A stretch of DNA of 64,000 bases, taken from Torpedo marmorata (lineage: Eukaryota). The notes under the pieces were generated by a model, which saw only the letters and a list, made by a program, of their open reading frames with translations, was not told the origin of the DNA and made no database searches. The stretch is taken from contig OZ360233.1 of assembly GCA_977017645.1 (NCBI GenBank), forward strand, positions 110,422,001-110,486,000. The letters run 5' to 3'. Shown piece by piece: positions 61,361 to 64,000 of this stretch; position 1 is the stretch's first letter; every line of letters begins with the position of its first letter. A program made the translations under genes and the position numbers.

Positions 61361-63584
61361 ATCATTTATATTTTAATTCTCTGTTATGTGGTTACTGACT
61401 CTTCTGCTTGTGAATTGTTACTTCACATTTACTCCATCAAACCCCTTTTCCATTTTGAATGTAAATTCTGTGCTCTAACAAAAGTACAATTAGCAAAACT
61501 GTCAAGAATTTCAGAGCCAAAATAATTCTGATTTTAAAATCATTCACAGACTACCAAGTAACAGATTTTTTGGAGTTTCATAAGAGCATTCCATTAAAAT
61601 AAACTCGTGCAAAAATATCGTTTGGAAGTTGAGAACATGCTCAAGCTAGATCATTCTGTCTAGAGAACAAACTAGAGAGAAGCAGGTGGAGGGTGATTGT
61701 GTGTGTCTGTGTGCAGCGCAGGGGGTGGGGGAGCTTAGTGAGGAGGAGTGATGATGCAAGGAGATTGCTCAAACCCACTTGAATTCAAACCAAGAAATTC
61801 AACTGGTAGGGATTCTGACAAACTACTTCTCTAACCAGTCAGCAAATGCTCAATATACTGTACGTCATGGGTCACTGTACAGTGACCAGCAAAAGGAATC
61901 CAAGTTAGGGTAATTCTTTCACCAGACCCTACTCCAGGGTAGGAATGCTAAGGCCATCATTGAGCTAAACTGACTGAGGCCAAGAATCCAATCCTGGTGA
62001 TCTGTATGATTCAACCACAGCAGGCCATGTGTTTATTCATAAAGGCCACAGACCGATTTTTTTTAAAGTGAAAGAGTTTTTAAAAATAAGCTCTATTTTG
62101 CACAGTTCAGTCCAGGTTATGGTACCTTGTTCAATACATTTTTGTGCCTGATTCATCAAAAGATAGTGAAGTGAAATCATTGTGCTTCAACTGTTTAACT
62201 TATTGCCATCATGTGGGGTAGCAAGAATATGATTCTGCATTGTTCCCAATAGAATTTGATAAGAGTGAACAATGAAGAAACTCAATTTGCAAATTATTTT
62301 ACAAGATGCAATAAGTCCAAACTTCTATTGAAAATTAGGTATTAGATTTTGAAGTTGCTCTGTCTAGGGGTGAATTATTACCCGAAATCTTGAACTTCAA
62401 AATATCAAGATGGCACATCGACATCATTGTGGCATTTTCCCCAAAATGACCTCAAACCATTAAGGCAAAGTCACAAGCAATGGTTCAGAGGATTCTCCCA
62501 GGAAAGGAGAGAAAAAGAAAACCCAGAAAAATCCCACCCCAGCAGCTGAGAACTGAACAACCGTGGCCAATGCTTCAACCAGAGCCGCTCTCTTCAGAAC
62601 AGGCAGCTAATCGGAGCATGGAAGGATTGAAGGATCAAATGTGGAACGTGTGCTGACGATATGGTCGGAGGCTACTCCCCTGAGTGGGAAGGGATATTAA
62701 CATGTTAAGATTTTTTAATATTAAATCTTAGGAGCTAATATCATAGCACTGAGGCCTTCAACAATTTTAGATGACAATAAGAAAAGTATGGAGTTGATTA
62801 GCTGTTGAGCATCTTATAGCCGCTGACATTGTGTCAAGGAACTCAAACTCCTCTAAAATACTGATTTTTTAAAAAAAACATAGTTTAGGAAATGTACAAA
62901 TAAGGCTGTGTCACTGACCCAACCCGTTCCTCAGTCTTTCTCACTGCAATGCTGCACCTCACCTCCAACAAGCTCTCTGTGGCAGTGGAGCTAATCTACA
63001 ACATAAATGCAAAACTCTTAACCTACATCACCTTGCCTCCACAACAAAGGTCACTTGGACAAAGCTGCGAGATGCTCCAAGCCATTGTAGAATTGTTCAT
63101 TGAAGAATAAAACAGAATGGAACTTCCCCTAAGCATTTAACATCTAACTTGTCTCCACTGTTCCCACAAATTATAAACGGCGACCACGAGACCCTGAAAA
63201 ACATGGACCATTTCCCACCTTTGGGGCAACAAAAAAAATGCACTGATAAAGAAATGCAGTGTTGTCGTCACTATGCCATCAGCAGAGTGCAGATCAAAAC
63301 TTCAAACTTGGCATAAATGTTATGTTCTAACTGGTAGCAAAGATCACCTCACTTTTCTCCGCTTGGGATATGTAAACCACCTACATCAGGCACCTCAAAT
63401 TACAGCAGACATAGCACCAACACTGTCTCCACAAAATTCTCTGTCATGCTAAGTAAATCAACATCAGCATCTCACACTGGACAATATCCCCAGTAATGAA
63501 CCTAATTACATTCATTCTGTTTGACAGGTAAGCCATGTCTTTCACATTCCTGATATGAGATTCCAAAATTCAAACACTTTGCTC

Positions 63585-63935
63585 TGAGTTCCACTATGAG
63601 AAGGAACTACCAGGTGGGACACAAAAAAGGTTCAAGGATGTACTCAAAGCTTCCTTTGTAAAAGTGTAACATTCCCACTGATTCGTGAGAGACTTGGTCG
63701 TGAACACATAACATGGTGAAGCAGCATTTGGGATGAGACTGAGAATATGAATTCTCATCTTCAGAACACAGAAGCGTAGCATAAATCATGGAAGAAGTGA
63801 AACCACCTCCCAAACTACCCACCCACTCAACCCATCAAGCAACTTCTACCTCATCAATGGCAGAGTCTGAGATCTCTTGTTGGTTTCATCAGTCTCCTCA
63901 GAGTGAATGTGCCACATTGATGACAAGGGTCTACA
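63585..63935 (+). mobile_element. Degraded RTE-clade LINE 3' fragment
   Basis: KRFKDVLKAS..CNIPTDS* and a degenerate C-terminal zinc finger-like segment. Confidence 0.6.
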
Positions 63936-64000
63936 CAAGAAAAAGCAGCTCCATGTGATATATGCTGCCAAGTACCCAGTGTAGTTTGTTTACAGACAAT

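Overview
Eukaryotic, repeat-dense DNA, most likely intergenic or intronic sequence from a cartilaginous fish. That host guess is an inference from the HE1-like V-SINEs and the mix of CR1, Rex1/Babar, Neptune-type Penelope and fish-type L1. No host protein-coding gene could be identified. Positions 1-14396 are a Gmr1-like Gypsy LTR retrotransposon on the minus strand (integrase upstream of RT, tRNA-Pro PBS). It carries two nested L1 LINEs, each with a 16-bp TSD, and two solo LTRs of the same family lie elsewhere in the window. Also present are an internally deleted CsRn1-clade LTR element with a captured exon-like fragment, a near-complete Penelope element with a hammerhead-like motif, two palindromic mini-elements with a hammerhead-like core on each strand, and a full-length pogo transposon with an open ORF but a D-to-N catalytic change. 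The rest includes a ~0.8-kb non-autonomous Rex1-tailed family and many CR1, Rex1, RTE, SINE and MITE fragments. All family calls come from motif recognition by eye; no database searches were run.
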